A stretch of 64,000 nt of DNA from Amphiscolops sp. MND2022 (Eukaryota): NCBI GenBank assembly GCA_964187785.1, contig OZ076409.1:68450001-68514000 (forward strand), read 5' to 3'. How positions within the stretch are numbered: position 1 is the stretch's first letter; each line of letters begins with the position of its first letter. The notes beneath the pieces are model-generated. The model did no database searches. It had not been told where the DNA came from and saw only the letters and a list, made by a program, of their open reading frames with translations. A program made the translations under genes and the position numbers. Positions 39,561-52,408 of this stretch are shown here, in pieces.

Positions 39561-39856
39561 GTTTGGGTGAAAGAATACAATGCTATATTGATCAATAAAA
39601 CATATAAAAATATTTATTTGATTAAGAATTTAAAAGAAAGTTTTTAGCCCACGGCCAGGGAAACAGTTTTCTTGACCAACTGATTGCTTGCCAAATGAAT
39701 TGACTGCCAGCAAAAATGTTGTTGGCTGGCAAATAAGCTTTTCGAAAATTCTGTTTTCTGAAAATTTCTCATTTATGATGTCTTTCGCTTGCACATTATG
39801 GAAGAGAGTGATGTTTAAAACTGTCGAAAATTGACATTTTTCCGTACTTTCTAGAG

Positions 39857-39946
39857 AGTTTTTCTCAAATTTAATCAACATCGTCTCCACTTCTATCAAT
39901 CTAAAGAAAGTTATGTTTCGATTGGAACCGCTGCCAAAGCAATTCG
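39857..39946 (+). CDS. Possible small LRR exon
   Basis: Open frame FFSNLINIVSTSINLKKVMFRLEPLPKQF followed by a GTGAGT donor. Acceptor position is ambiguous within a TAGAGAG run. Confidence 0.4.
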
Positions 39947-40775
39947 GTGAGTAATACTAAGCGAAAGCGTTTTTGAAAACTGCCTTCATTGGCGCTTTTG
40001 GACCAGCATTACTCGACAAAGAAAGCAAAACGCGAAAACCTGCTCCACTCAAATAATTTTATTTTTATTCAGAAAAAAAATTGAAACTTTTGAAATTTGG
40101 TTGGAAGCCAGAAAAATGAAGTTTTGAAAAGAAGTTTTCAACAGAAAGTTTTGGCAATTTGATGTTGAAGGGAAAATGACAGCGAATGACAAAAGAAACT
40201 GGATGATATCTGAAATAAAAACGTTTCCTCTGTCGTAACAAAAACTTGAGTAAAATAGCCCAACGGATGAGTTGCAAAAACGAAAGACTTGCAAAGTTTT
40301 GGAGCAAGAAATCCTTCTCTTTATAATTTTCGTCCACATTCAGAAGTATCTTTTCACTAGATTTTTTTGGCTTTCGCTTTTGTTTTTCTAACTTTAAATT
40401 AAAAGGGAAAAATTGTGAAGGAATGAATTCAAAGAAAACATCAAAGAAACTTCACAGGTTGAAATGAATTTTCCGATTGTTTGGCAACACAAAAATTGTA
40501 AACAAAATGTTTCCTAGGGTTTCCAAGGTAGTTTCAGTAGTAAATGTTTTGACTCTAAACAAATGATTTCAACAAAGCTGTTTGAAATAAATGAAGAACT
40601 GGTTCTCTTTCCAAATTCAGTGTGATTTTGGACAGTATGTCAAATATATGTGCCACATAAACAATTCGAGGAATTTTTTACATAATACTTATCCGTACTT
40701 AGTTTACGTGACTTCTGAATATTTCAAAGAGTGCCAGTCGTAATGAAGAATTTTTGTTTGTAAAATATTTTATAG

Positions 40776-41144
40776 AGAGAGATATTTTTCACACCCTTGT
40801 CAGGAGCGTTTTTATCCAACTTCAAGAACTTGCAGAGCCTCAGTCTAGCTCACAACTTCATCGACGAATTACCTGCCGACTTTTTTACAAGCAACCCCTA
40901 CCTAAAGAAAATTGACCTCTCTTACAACTATTTGAACTATCTGACCTGGGAGACGGTCGAGCAAGTGGTGACATTGCAACGTCATTGGCTAATCAATCTA
41001 GAGGGCAATCTTTTGGACTGTGGAGATTGTCGCAATAAGTGGATGAGCAACAAGGAATACAAGTATAACCTAAAAGGTGCTCTTTGTGAGACACCGTACG
41101 AGGAATATCACATGCATGTCACTGATGTCGAAATCTGTGCATGA
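40776..41144 (+). CDS. LRR protein, last exon with LRR-CT cap
   Basis: NLQSLSLAHNFIDELP and LKKIDLSYNYL, then LEGNLLDCGDC..W...C.TP.....C and a stop. AATAAA at about 41405. Exact acceptor (40776-40780) is uncertain. Confidence 0.88.
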   Translation, partial: REIFFTPLSGAFLSNFKNLQSLSLAHNFIDELPADFFTSNPYLKKIDLSYNYLNYLTWETVEQVVTLQRHWLINLEGNLLDCGDCRNKWMSNKEYKYNLKGALCETPYEEYHMHVTDVEICA

Positions 41145-41652
41145 ACATGAGTGACGTCACTTGAGCAACCACGGAGTGACGTCATTGTCTCTTACAAGAT
41201 CATAAGTGAGGACACTGGGACCCATGCGAATGAAACTTGTGGTGCAACTTCCCTTTGATTCGAATTAAAACAAATTTCAAAAGTTACAACAAACGCCACC
41301 TTCCTCAGGCTTCCAAAAAATGTGTTCAGCCGAAAATTAACGTATTCTGAAGAAAAGATTTTATATTACAAACCAATTGAAATTATTTTCGTTTAAATTT
41401 TAAGAATAAATGAATGAATAAGTGAATGTGGGGTTGTGTGGATGAATAATATCTATTTTACCATCTATCTGACGCCGCATTGTTTCATTTAATGTTAAAA
41501 AACCATCTCCAATTATAACATTTTTCGATCATAGTCGAAGTTTTGAAAAAAAATCTAGATCAACAAGTGTAAGTATGAGCAGATTATCAAGATATTTTAC
41601 ATCACGATTACATGAGAACTATTGGCAAAATTGCATATTTAATTAGTTTTAC

Positions 41653-42361
41653 CTATATGCGCTCAGCTGCAGATCGTAAGATCAAGGTCTTAGGGAGTTT
41701 TTCTCGATTCCACGCTTTATCATTGACGGCGTAGGTTTCAATAGGCGACAGATCGTGACTATTAGGAGGCCATTTATAAAATAGGCTCAGAACCATGTAA
41801 GTGTCATCCTGGCAGTATGTGGCCTGGCACCATCCTGCTGTAGGACCCATCCATAGAGTTGGCATAGAGGAGGAGGCTTTTATGTACTGGTATGCATTAA
41901 AATTGCCGTGTATGATCGTAATGAAGAAATCTTTCTGCGCTGGTGTACCCCTGGTGTACATATGTAAATCTTTTCTGCCCTGGTGTACATATGTAAATAA
42001 AACACAGTCGTCGGTAATACATACCTTATCTGTGACAAATTTTGCATACGCGTTGAAAAACTCACTCGTTTTTTGACGTGTTCTTCAATCAGTCAAGGTT
42101 ATTTTCCAGGGTTCGTTTTGACGTACACCGAAGCTTTCATACAACACTACTCAGTCCTAGTAAACACACTACTGTAGCTTGCCTAATATGTTTTAATTCA
42201 TTTAAAATAGCTTCAGCTGATTTTGTCGGATTGCTTGACGCCAATTTGACAAGACAGCGCTGGTCGTCTCTAGAAATTTTCTTGCGGCGTCCACTTCTCT
42301 TATCCATTTTGAGGAAACAGCCTTGGTTTAACTTAGCCAAATTGCGATGTATGTAGCGCAT
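41653..42361 (-). pseudogene. Decayed Tc1-family transposase
   Basis: RSGRRKKISRDDQRCLVKLASSNP resembles the Tc1 GRPR linker/HTH; WPPNSHDLSPIE resembles Tc1 WPxxSPDLNPIE. Frames are broken and no TIRs were found. Confidence 0.8.
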
Positions 42362-45300
42362 AAAAAAGCAAGGGTTTTCTGCTAGAGAATCTGTCTCTGT
42401 AAAACGAAGTTCACATAGTTTAGTTAGTTTATAGCAATGGCAAACTTTTCCACTTTGAATAAAGTTTAGAAAGTGCTTTTTCCTGTGGAATTTCGTTTTT
42501 GGAACGTGATTTAAAAAATTTATACATGTTAACGATTAGATGTTATGTTTGTAAGGACATTTTTTCCACCTTTTCAAAGAAATCATGATGTCTGTGCCAT
42601 TATTTTTGTCTGTGGTTTTGACTCGTTTGCCTGAATCGCATTTCGACCGGCCCTACCTCGCGAGGTGTGGTATTGCGTGTTCATTCTTCTCAGACTATTG
42701 ATGCATTTTTAGGCGAAGCGGAGCGAACCTTATTGCCATTCGATGTTTGCAGGCAACTTTTACTTTTATCTGTTAAAAAGTGGGACATTGGAAAAGTTTT
42801 TTTTAAGTTTGAGTCCTTATTTTTCGTCTTTTATGTCGGATACGAATTCGTTTTTTTTTCAAAAAACGTTTGACACGACCCTGGATTTCCTTCCAGTAGA
42901 AAAAATTCTACTTCCAGTTAGAAAAAAAGTAGAAAACGGATGTTCCAACATAAACTCCTCCTGTTTGAAATCTTGTTAGGTCGATTCTGAATACCAGTTT
43001 CCAATCAGTTGGCTACTATTATCTTCGGAACCATTCGAGCTCCTGGCTTGACGTGTATATACTTTTACATGGTTCTCTCGCCGGGCTTTTTCGTTTCATC
43101 CCGCTAACGTTGCTCCTCGATGCAATGTTTGACGGAAAATGTTCTTTGATCAAAAAGCTTATTTGATTTTCTAAGGCCTATATCTTCGAGAGTGTTTGTT
43201 ATCTTGTTTGTTTTAATCTCCGTTCGGCTCTAACTAACACCAGCGCTTAGTGGAAGACGTGATTACGTCATAAGTGTTCCAATTTGAACGATTTTCAGAA
43301 TGAATGAAAGTTTTCCAGCTCCTTGTTTACAAATATAGTATTGTGATTAAGGAATCATCACCCGAGCGATTTTACGCTCGATTTTCTCGAAATCGGGTGA
43401 TAATTTGAAAACCATCAGAAACATAAGTTTCTGAGAATTTATTCCACTTTAGATTACTTTTTTTGATACAAAAATTTTGAAAGTTACAAATAGCTTATTT
43501 TGAGCAAAATTGGGACTTTTTTGTTTTTCCATTTTTGTCCCTTTTACCTAAATTGTTTACTAATCATGCAAATTTCTGGGGACTACTTGGAGAAATTCTG
43601 TAGGGTTACAATATGCAGCTTCCACTATTTCATTTAAAGCTGAAAACATTTCAATTTCTTCTCAGTCACGATCACTTTGTTTTCACGCTTACGTTTCTCA
43701 ATTTAATAACTTATGTAATCACCGTTAGTCAAAAGCACGCTGAATATGACTCTTCTTGGAAACTTATAAAGTAATTGTAGTTTGTTTGCATTGAAATCGC
43801 AGTAAAAATGATGAGGTCTCATCTGATTTTACAATTAGAACTGCCGCTTAATGAAACCTGCAAAACTTCGCGGCTCAGAATTGCCGCCAAGTTTGAGATG
43901 CATCTTACAGGCAGCTGGCTAATATTAAATTGAATCAGTGAAATTTTATTGCATGGAATTTTATCAAATCATAAAAATTTAGTTTGTTTCCTACAAAAAA
44001 TGTGTAAAAAGCAATTTGAACTAAGGAAATAAGCAATTTGGATTTGTTGATAACGACACTCAGCGCATTGGAGAACAATATTTAAATCATAGTACTGTTT
44101 TGAAATTTTGAAGAATGAAAGTTTTCTGCGTTTTGTTTTTGGGTCGTTCACCTGGTTTCTTTATTAACGCAGAAAGTGTTACGATTCGTACAGCCGAATT
44201 TAGAAAATGGGTCTCAAACGGCAGAATTCAATTTACTGCAATTAAGTTTGATATCAGCTTTCATAAGAAATACCGTTTGTATGACTCGGTCTTTCTCCTT
44301 CCGTGTTAGATTATTCTTTGCTCCTGCATTCAGGGCACCAGGGTTATGTGAACATACCTGATTACGTTTTATCAATAATTTCGACAATATATGGTACATG
44401 CTTCAATTGAACGAATCCATTTCAATTTTAAAAATGAACCAATCAGAATGCACGATGAAGAAAAATTCTGCAGGTTGAGAACAATTTTTCTTTTTTTTTG
44501 ACTGTGTGGCATTTCGACGCATTGGGAATTCCTTGAAGATTGGTGCTACGTTTGATCCAAACTTTTGATTTTGTTCATACTTGATAGCTATTAAGTACAC
44601 TATTCACTTGGGGCTTTGAGGTAATCAGTTATTAACCCCGACTTCAATCAGCATTTGAAGTTTCGGATCATGGAAATTTTGTGTAACTACTTTGGTATCA
44701 AGTCACACCCAGAGGGAGACTTATAAAGGGAGTTCATTTTATAAAAAGGCATTTATTGAACACATATTTGCTTGAATAATCTCTCGAGATATGCGAATGA
44801 CCTTGATCGACTAGAGCGGTTTTGTACCACTTTCAACAGGCTGGGAGTGTTCGATAATCTTTTTATCAGGTATTGATAAGTCCTATTACGTTTATCAAAG
44901 ACAAATTTTGTCAACTAAATGGACAAGCGTGCTAAAATCTGGTCTCAAGCTTCAAATTAATTGGTTTTGCAGCTCTTCAAATTGGTTAGTTAGAAGTTCT
45001 GAGTCTTTATTTAATACTTCGTTAATTCGTTTTTCAGTATACTTTAATTCAGTTTATTCATAGCTGAGTAAGAATTTGAAAACAAATCCAACTAACAAGA
45101 TGTGAAACGAGACGCAAAGGTCTCAACACGGCGCCCCGCTTAGTGCTAAAAAAACCCAAAGTAGATATGCTCAAGGTGGTTTTTTGGTTTTTAAGAAATT
45201 CTCACGAATCTGATTGTGCCAAAAATTCAGAAGGGGCCCCCATAGGGCTCGAAAACGATTTTCTCTAACTGAAAACTAAAGAAACTCAAAATGGTGTAAA

Positions 45301-45957
45301 ATAGTTCTAATAAAAAACTTACTTCCCAAAGAAGTCACACAGTCGAAAAAGACAAAAAGGAACTGTTTAGGTTCAGAAAAGAATATTTTTCCTTAGCAAA
45401 GATAGGAAAAAACTAAAAGGAGGACCGTCCGATTCTATCAAAATTTACAAATATAAAAACTTTTGGCCCACAGCGGTATTCGAGCCCACGACCTCCATCA
45501 TGCATTATAACCAAGTCTGTTCAAAAAGCGGGCCATTCAAAGTGAGGTCTGTGGTCTGACAAAAAAGATTAGGTCGGCCCCTTATAGCGTGATGGGCCAC
45601 GGCCGCCGCCGTAGTGTCTGGCGGAGATCTGACGAAAAAAAACTTGACTCTGTAATAGTCGTGCGCATTTTCTGCTGAAATGCGCCGACTGAAAACGTTC
45701 TCCCTTGTAATAGTCGGGCACTTTTTGTAACAAAAAGAGCCGAATGAAAAAATTCTGGATTAACTTAAGGTATGTATTTATAAGATACTGGACAAACTCA
45801 ACAGATATTGCAGTGATGTTCAATTGCTCGATTTTTTTTTGGCACCTGGAAATGTTCAAAGCATCGAACAAATGCTTCCGATCAAGCCTTGCAATAAGTA
45901 TCAATATGAAAGTATACTTGTTTTATATCGCTACTAACCTGGTCGAGAAAAAATGCG

Positions 45958-46063
45958 TTCCTTGAAAGATCTTGCAAGGAAATGTTTTCCTTGAAAGATC
46001 TTGCAAGGAAATTTTTTCCTTGAAAGATCTTGCAAGGAAATGCTTTCCTTGCAAGATTCTTGA
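45958..46063. repeat. 29-bp tandem repeat (about 3.5 copies) of a near-palindromic unit
   Basis: CTTGAAAGATCTTGCAAGGAAAT(G/T)(T/C)TTTC at 45961, 45990 and 46019, partial at 46048. Confidence 0.9.
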
Positions 46064-46520
46064 GTTCAATGTACTTCATACTGAGAAATTATGTTAACGT
46101 AGTCGTGATTTGAGTGTTATATTTTGGTAATCTAAGTTTAAGAGAAAAGAATATTGTAAAATAAAGATCTCTAGTTCAAATCTATATCTCAGCTTTTCAA
46201 TTTGTATAAATGTATCTAATGTAATTTAACGTTAGATTGAGTTTGTTTGTAAACAACTCCAGCTGGTATGTAGACACTAGACAGTTTTCATGTAAGTGAA
46301 CCGAATCTCGGTAGAGGTCGTAGGAACCGGATTGAACCGTATATAACATTTCCCCCTCTATTCTTTTCTCGTGTAGTTTTTCTACATCTGATCTGAGGGG
46401 CCTGGTTTTGATTCTTCCTCGGGTAGGAAGTCTGCTGGTTTCTGGATCGTCTCCGGTTTTGGCGTATCTTTGTGTCGATTCCACATTGTACCTGTAATAT
46501 ATACATTGTGTTTTAGACCT

Positions 46521-49500
46521 TTAATTTTTTATTCCCCAGAAGTTTCCCGTATAGGGTATGCTACCGTATCTATTCGGTTTTTTACTATTTCGGTTAGAGC
46601 GTCTTATTTGTGATTCTGAATTCTCACCCGGCATTTCGCTGTCGGTGTGTAGTTGTAGCGTGTCTTCCTCCGGGTTAGTCCGTATTGGCACGTATCTCCC
46701 GTCTTTTTCGGATGTGTCATATACTATCGGTGTTCCGATTTCTTCCGGCGTTTCTTCATCGTCTTCATCTTCGTCGTCATCGTCAGTTTCGCTTTCTGCC
46801 CGCTTTTTATTTTGGACGATTTTCAATTTACCGTTCAGGATGTCCCGAAGGATTTCATCCCAACGGCCATATTTCCCGTCCAGTCCGCGTAGGCAGTGTC
46901 GGTTTTTGGGGTTGATTTCGCCGGTTGTGTTTGTTACCGGTTCTTTTCTGTTTTTCCTCTCGGTCTGAAACAGTGGTTCCGAAATAAATTATTGGTTAAT
47001 TATTTTCCCGGAGTCTGTTTTTATAGTACTTTCGGTTCCGCTTATAGCGGTTTGTATTTTCTTTTGAAATTTTCCTTCTAATGATTTTTTGTTATGATTC
47101 TTTTCAACAAAGTAAAAGGGGTATCTAACCGAATTTTTCTTCTTCGGTGATTTCGGTCTTTCGGCGAGGTGTTTCTCCTCTGTTTTGGTTCGCGCCATAA
47201 CTATGTGGTTTGTGATGTCCCCGTCCGCATCACGGCCAACATATATGGGAATCTTTGGTTTGTTCGGTGCTGAAACAGTCAGTTCTGACCAATTAGATAG
47301 GTATGATTTTCCGTCTTTAACGATATTCGTTAATTCGGTTCTCGGTTTTCTACCGTGGTGTAGTTTAAATGGCGTTAACTTTAATCCGGTGTGTATTGTA
47401 AATCGCATTACATGTAATGCTCTGTTTACACTTTCGGTTAGGCTTATGCCGTCTTCCAAATTTGCTATTATTAAGTTTTTCAATGTTTGTATTGCTCTTT
47501 CTACTACTCCGTTTCCCGTATGTACTCGGGGGGGGGGTACAATATTCAATTTCAATATTTCGGTTCTTGCAAAATTCTCGGTATTCTTTCGAAACGAACG
47601 CTCCTCCTTTATCGGATTTGATCTTTTTCGGTATTCCGTATAAGTTAAAATTACTCGATAGAAAATTTGTGACTTCTTTGGTCTCCGCCGTTTTACATTT
47701 TTTTACGGTCGGCCATTTACTGAATCTATCTACCGCTATTAGTATTTGTACTTCTCCGTGTATGTTTTTGTTATGTAATTTTCCGGTAAAATCGATTTGT
47801 AATTCTTGGCCGGGTTCAGTTAGTTTTTCTAATTTTCCGTAATGCTTTTTCGGTAATTGATATTTAAGGTTTTTACCTGATGCAAAGCAGGCTGTACAGT
47901 CCTTTACTTTGTTCTCGATATCCTGTTTCATTCCGGGCCACCACAATATGCGTGCTTCTGACATCATTTTTGTTATACCGGAGTGACCGAAATGAAGGAT
48001 GTCCAGGAGTCTTCGTCTCAAGTAGATGGGTATCACAATTTGGTCATCGACGAAGATCAATCCCCATCTGATTGATAGTTTGTCAAATGCATTTCGGTAG
48101 CCATCCGGAATTGTCTCTCGATCTTCTCTCCGCATGCTAGTTCTGACGCGGGTTAGTTCCGGGTCGATTGCGGTTTTTGCGATAAGTGTTTTTAAGTCCA
48201 TCATGAACTCAAATTCTGCTTTTTTAATGTGTTCTTCGGTGATCTTCTTGTTGCTTGTTAATTTTCCCACGATGTGGTTTATCTGTATGTAATGCGCCTG
48301 CTTTCCTTCGGTATTGTATCTGCTGAGATCTACTATTGGTAGATTGTCGCCCCGCATTATGACGCTGTCTTCTTCCGTCTCGGCATTTTCGATTTCCAGT
48401 TCACCTTCTTCCCGTATTTCTTCCGGTTCTTCTTCTTCTTCGGCTATTGGTCGGTATCCACCGCCCAATCGATTGGCTCTCCTCATGATCTCTGCGTCTA
48501 TCTCGGCAATTTCCTCTCGGCTTCTTTTGTTGGGTCTCGTTGGAGCGAATACCGTTCTTTGGGTGTAGTGATCGTACCGACGTCGTAATGTTCCCGGTCG
48601 GGATAATCCATTTCGTTGCTCTACTAGTCGGCGTGTCTCTGGGCTATTGTTCCGTCTGCGAATAATCTCCATAATTTCGCGTGTGGCGCCCCAGTGGTAA
48701 AAGTTTTCGCGATCCATTTCGGTAATTTCCGTATTTGAATTTTGAACTTTTGTAATTCGATTTGAATTTTGACTCTCTTTCTTTGAGTAACTTGGCTCTA
48801 GCGCGCTAATTTCGGACTGCCCGGATGTAGTTTTTAAGTTTCGTTTATTTTTGTTCACGCTGTGTTTGTTCTCGAATGTTCTATTCGTGTGTGATTGGCT
48901 ACCGCCTTTCTCAATTTGTTCTTCGGCTATATCATTCTTTATTTCGGTTTTCGCTTTCTTGCATTCTGATTGGTCAGCGAATATTGGTCCGTATTTTATA
49001 TTCAATTTTGCTTGTTCGGTAAGTATGTTGATGACGTATTCTTCGTCGTAGATTTCTTCCGGTGCGGCTCCCCCTACCGGATTTCTACTAAGGTAGTCGG
49101 TGAATTTCAGGTTACTACCTGCGATATGCTGTATTGATATATCGAAATGGGTTAGGCGGTCTAACCATCTTGTTAATCGCGCGCTATATTGTCTGTTGCT
49201 CCGGTTTCTCTTGAATAATGGCTCTAGTGCTTGATGATCGGTGTAAAGGTACACCTTCTTTCCGTATAAATAAAATCGGAATTTTTCGAGTCCCCACACT
49301 ACTGCTAGTAATTCTAATTCACCGATAGAATATTTCTTTTCGGTATCGTTCAAGTATCTGCTTCCTAATGCTATCGGTTTCGTGTTTCCGTCATCTTGTT
49401 TCTGCCATAGTGTTATCCCAGTCAGGTGGTGCTGGCATCCGTTGTTACTATATTATCTTTGTCTTTTGCGTAGTGTGCCAAACATGGGCCTTCGGTTAGC

Positions 49501-51756
49501 ATTTGTTTTATTTTTTTGAAATCTTTTTGTTGTTCATCTCCCCATATCCATGGCTCATTCTTTTTCAGTAGTTTTCGTAATCGGTCGGTTTGTTCCGAAA
49601 GTTTTGGTAAGAATTTTGCCATGTATTGTATCGCCCCGAGAAATGATTTCAGTTCTTTTGTGTTCTCCGGTGATTTTAATTTCTGTATGGCTTCTATTTT
49701 TTCTTCGTTCGGTTTAATTCTGTTTCCGTCAATTTCGTGTCCCAGCCACTTTATTCGGTTCATGAAGAATTCTGATTTCTTTTTGCTTGCTCGGTAGCCG
49801 GCTTTTTCCAGTTTAGTCAATACGTCAAATAGTTTCTTCTCGTGGTCTTGTTTGTTTCCCCGTGTTACTACAATTATATCGTCCAGCCACGCCGGTGTGC
49901 AATATTCGAGTGTTCGGTCGATCTTTTCTTGGAATATCGTGGGTATGTCGGCAAGTCCGTAAAACCCTTTTTTGAATCGGTAATATCCGCTGAATTTTCC
50001 TCCGGTTAAGGCAAATACACATTGTCGGCTTGTTTCTTCGGATAGTTTCATTTGTCCGTACGCATAGTCTAGATCAATTTTTGATACAAATAATTGTAGT
50101 GTTCGGTCGCGTGAAATTTCTACCGAAATCTGGTTTAGTAGTTCCTCCATATTCGGCATGTGAGGTCTCATTTTTATGCAGCTATCGTTCAGTTTTCTTG
50201 AGTCTAGTGCTATCTTCACTGATTTGTCACTTTTTACGGTTATGACTACCGGAGATACAAAGCAATCTTCGTCTACGTCCTTTATCTTTTCTAGGTGTCC
50301 GGATTTTATTAGTTTTTCTAATTCACGTCCGACATCTTCCTGGAGATGTAGTGGTATCGGTCTTGCTTTTTGTTTTACCGGATAGTGTCCTGGTTTTAAT
50401 TGGATATTTATTTCGGTGTCTTTTATAGTTTCATTGTTTTCAAATAGGTCCGGAAATTTGTTGAATATTTTCTCGCGTTCTGATTGGTTGTTGTCGGCCA
50501 ATTGTATTTGCTGATCGTTAGTTTGAATTTCTTCATCCAATCCATTCCGAGTAATGGTGTTATGTCTGTTCTTTCGGTTATCAAAATCTCCATTTTCTGT
50601 TTGTTGTTTTCGTATTCAACATTTACCGGAATTTTTCCCCGGAACTTTACTTCGTTTTTATTCACGTCTTGGTATCGGTTTGTTATTTTCTGTATTTCGG
50701 TTGATTTTGTAATTCTTTCGTCCGGTGGCATTAATGATATTGGTGTTTCGGTGTCTATTATAAATTCTTTTGTTATTCCATTGATTTTGAGCGTTGTGGT
50801 GAAGTGTTTATTTGTTTCGTCGATTTTCTTTATCTTTTTTATGTGGTGAATGCTCTCTTCGGATTCACTTGATAATCTGTCTGATTCGTTCGGTTCGTCT
50901 TCGGTTAGTCTTTTCACAGTTCGGTTGCTGTTTGTCTTCTGTCTGCATGCTTTCGCATAATGTCCTTTCTTGCCGCATTTGTTACAGTTAACGTCTAGTG
51001 CGGGACATTTGTGCATCGGTGTCCAGTTTGGTGCGTTGCAGAATCTGCATGTTCGGTTTCCGAAATTTTTATTTTTCGGTCGCACACCGAATCGTTCCAT
51101 TCTTTGTATCGGTTCTTCCTTTCTATTTGTTTTTCTTTTGTTGATATCAAAGCTTCCGGTATTGTGTTCTTTTTATTTTTCTTCTCGTATGTGTTTTGTT
51201 TGATCAGTTTGATTACTTTCTTCAGTTCCAATGTTTTCTCTTTCATTATTTTATCCCGTAATTTTTTATCGGTGATTGCGGTCATGTATTTTGATATCAA
51301 CAATTCTTCTGCCGAGATGGTATTGAAGTTACATTCTTTTTCAATTTCGATCAGTCGTCTCCAGAATTCCTCGGGTGTTTCCTCTTCTGTCTGTTTTGCC
51401 CAGAAGAAGTCTCCGCGGTTATGGTACGTATTTCTTTTCGGCATGTAAAATTCGGTGAACAACCGGATTAAGTCTTTCACTTTTATACTGTCGGGTTCCG
51501 TTTTATATTCGGCCCTAGTTATTTGGTAGAGTGCTTCCGGTCCCACTCCCCACAGAAAATCTTCTTGGATTGGTTGTTCTTTTCCGGTCCACCCGGTGTC
51601 TGTTATATCTTCTCCTTTCAGTAGCGGTGCGATGTCTATTTTGTGTTCCCGTTTGCAAAACTGCCGGAACCTCTCTAGCCATTGTCTCGGTGTGAATACC
51701 GGATTCCCGTCTGTGGCTTTCGCTTCGAGGTTCGGGACTATGTTCTTCTCCGCCAT
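46521..51756 (-). pseudogene. gag-pol with several frameshifts
   Basis: Gag CRFC...HKCPA..CNKCGKKGHYAKAC; protease site IIDTETP (DTG altered); RT WLDD; RNase H TDAS...ELELLAVVWGL...TDHQAL; integrase HFGHSG..CTAC, QIDFTG, SDKGG, GVVER. Confidence 0.95.
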
Positions 51757-51797
51757 TCTGTGTTAAGAAGTTTTTTGTTCAATTGTTTTAAAAATTG

Positions 51798-51810
51798 GCT
51801 GACTGCGCCA
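51798..51810 (-). promoter_or_regulatory. Primer binding site, probably tRNA-Ser
   Basis: Minus-strand TGGCGCAGTCAGC directly after the 5' LTR; complementary to the ...GCUGACUGCG-CCA end of invertebrate tRNA-Ser. Confidence 0.75.
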
Positions 51811-52408
51811 TGTTATATTTTGGTAATCTAAGTTTAAGAGAAAAGAATATTGTAAAATAAAGATCTCTAGTTCAAATCTATATCTCAGCTTTTCAATTTG
51901 TATAAATGTATCTAATGTAATTTAACGTTAGATTGAGTTTGTTTGTAAACAACTCCAGCTGGTATGTAGACACTAGACAGTTTTCATGTAAGTGAACCGA
52001 ATCTCGGTAGAGGTCGTAGGAACCGGATTGAACCGTATATAACATTGAGAATAATGTCAAAAACGTTGATAACTATTATTTCAGAAGGGTAAGTATCGCA
52101 CTAAGAGTGAGTTTACTCTTGGTTTAAAAAACTCGGCAAATGAGTCTATGATAAGTTTAAAATTCTCATGAAAATGGAAAACATACTAGTATACTAATAA
52201 AGCTCGTTTCTGAAAAACTCGCTGCTCAAGATTTTGTACAATTGACAAAAACTAGTGATTTGCCTTTGATTTCACGAAAACGCATATCTGACTTTTTCCT
52301 TGGAATTTTGTTGAGTTTATGAATTTTGTTCAAAAGTAAAACCACATCAACACTTTTTTATAGCATTTTCATTCATTTTGAAGCTTCGTTTAATATGAGA
52401 TACTAGCA

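Larger units (their letters stand above)
46115..52044 (-). mobile_element. Ty3/gypsy LTR retrotransposon (Mag-like), recent insertion
   Basis: Identical 234-bp LTRs at 46115-46348 and 51811-52044. TSD TTGAG at 46110-46114 and 52045-52049. PPT AGAGGGGGAAA; PBS TGGCGCAGTCAGC. Confidence 0.97.

Noticed and set aside
43826..43920. Similarity to 63095-63185
   Set aside because: Short diverged dispersed repeat with no definable ends; cannot be classified.
45958..46063. CRISPR-like palindromic direct repeats
   Set aside because: Units are head-to-tail with no unique spacers, there are no cas genes, and the context is eukaryotic.
46558..51448. Numerous plus-strand ORFs (also 3573-7906)
   Set aside because: Antisense shadows of minus-strand gag-pol, rich in F/S/L and lacking motifs.
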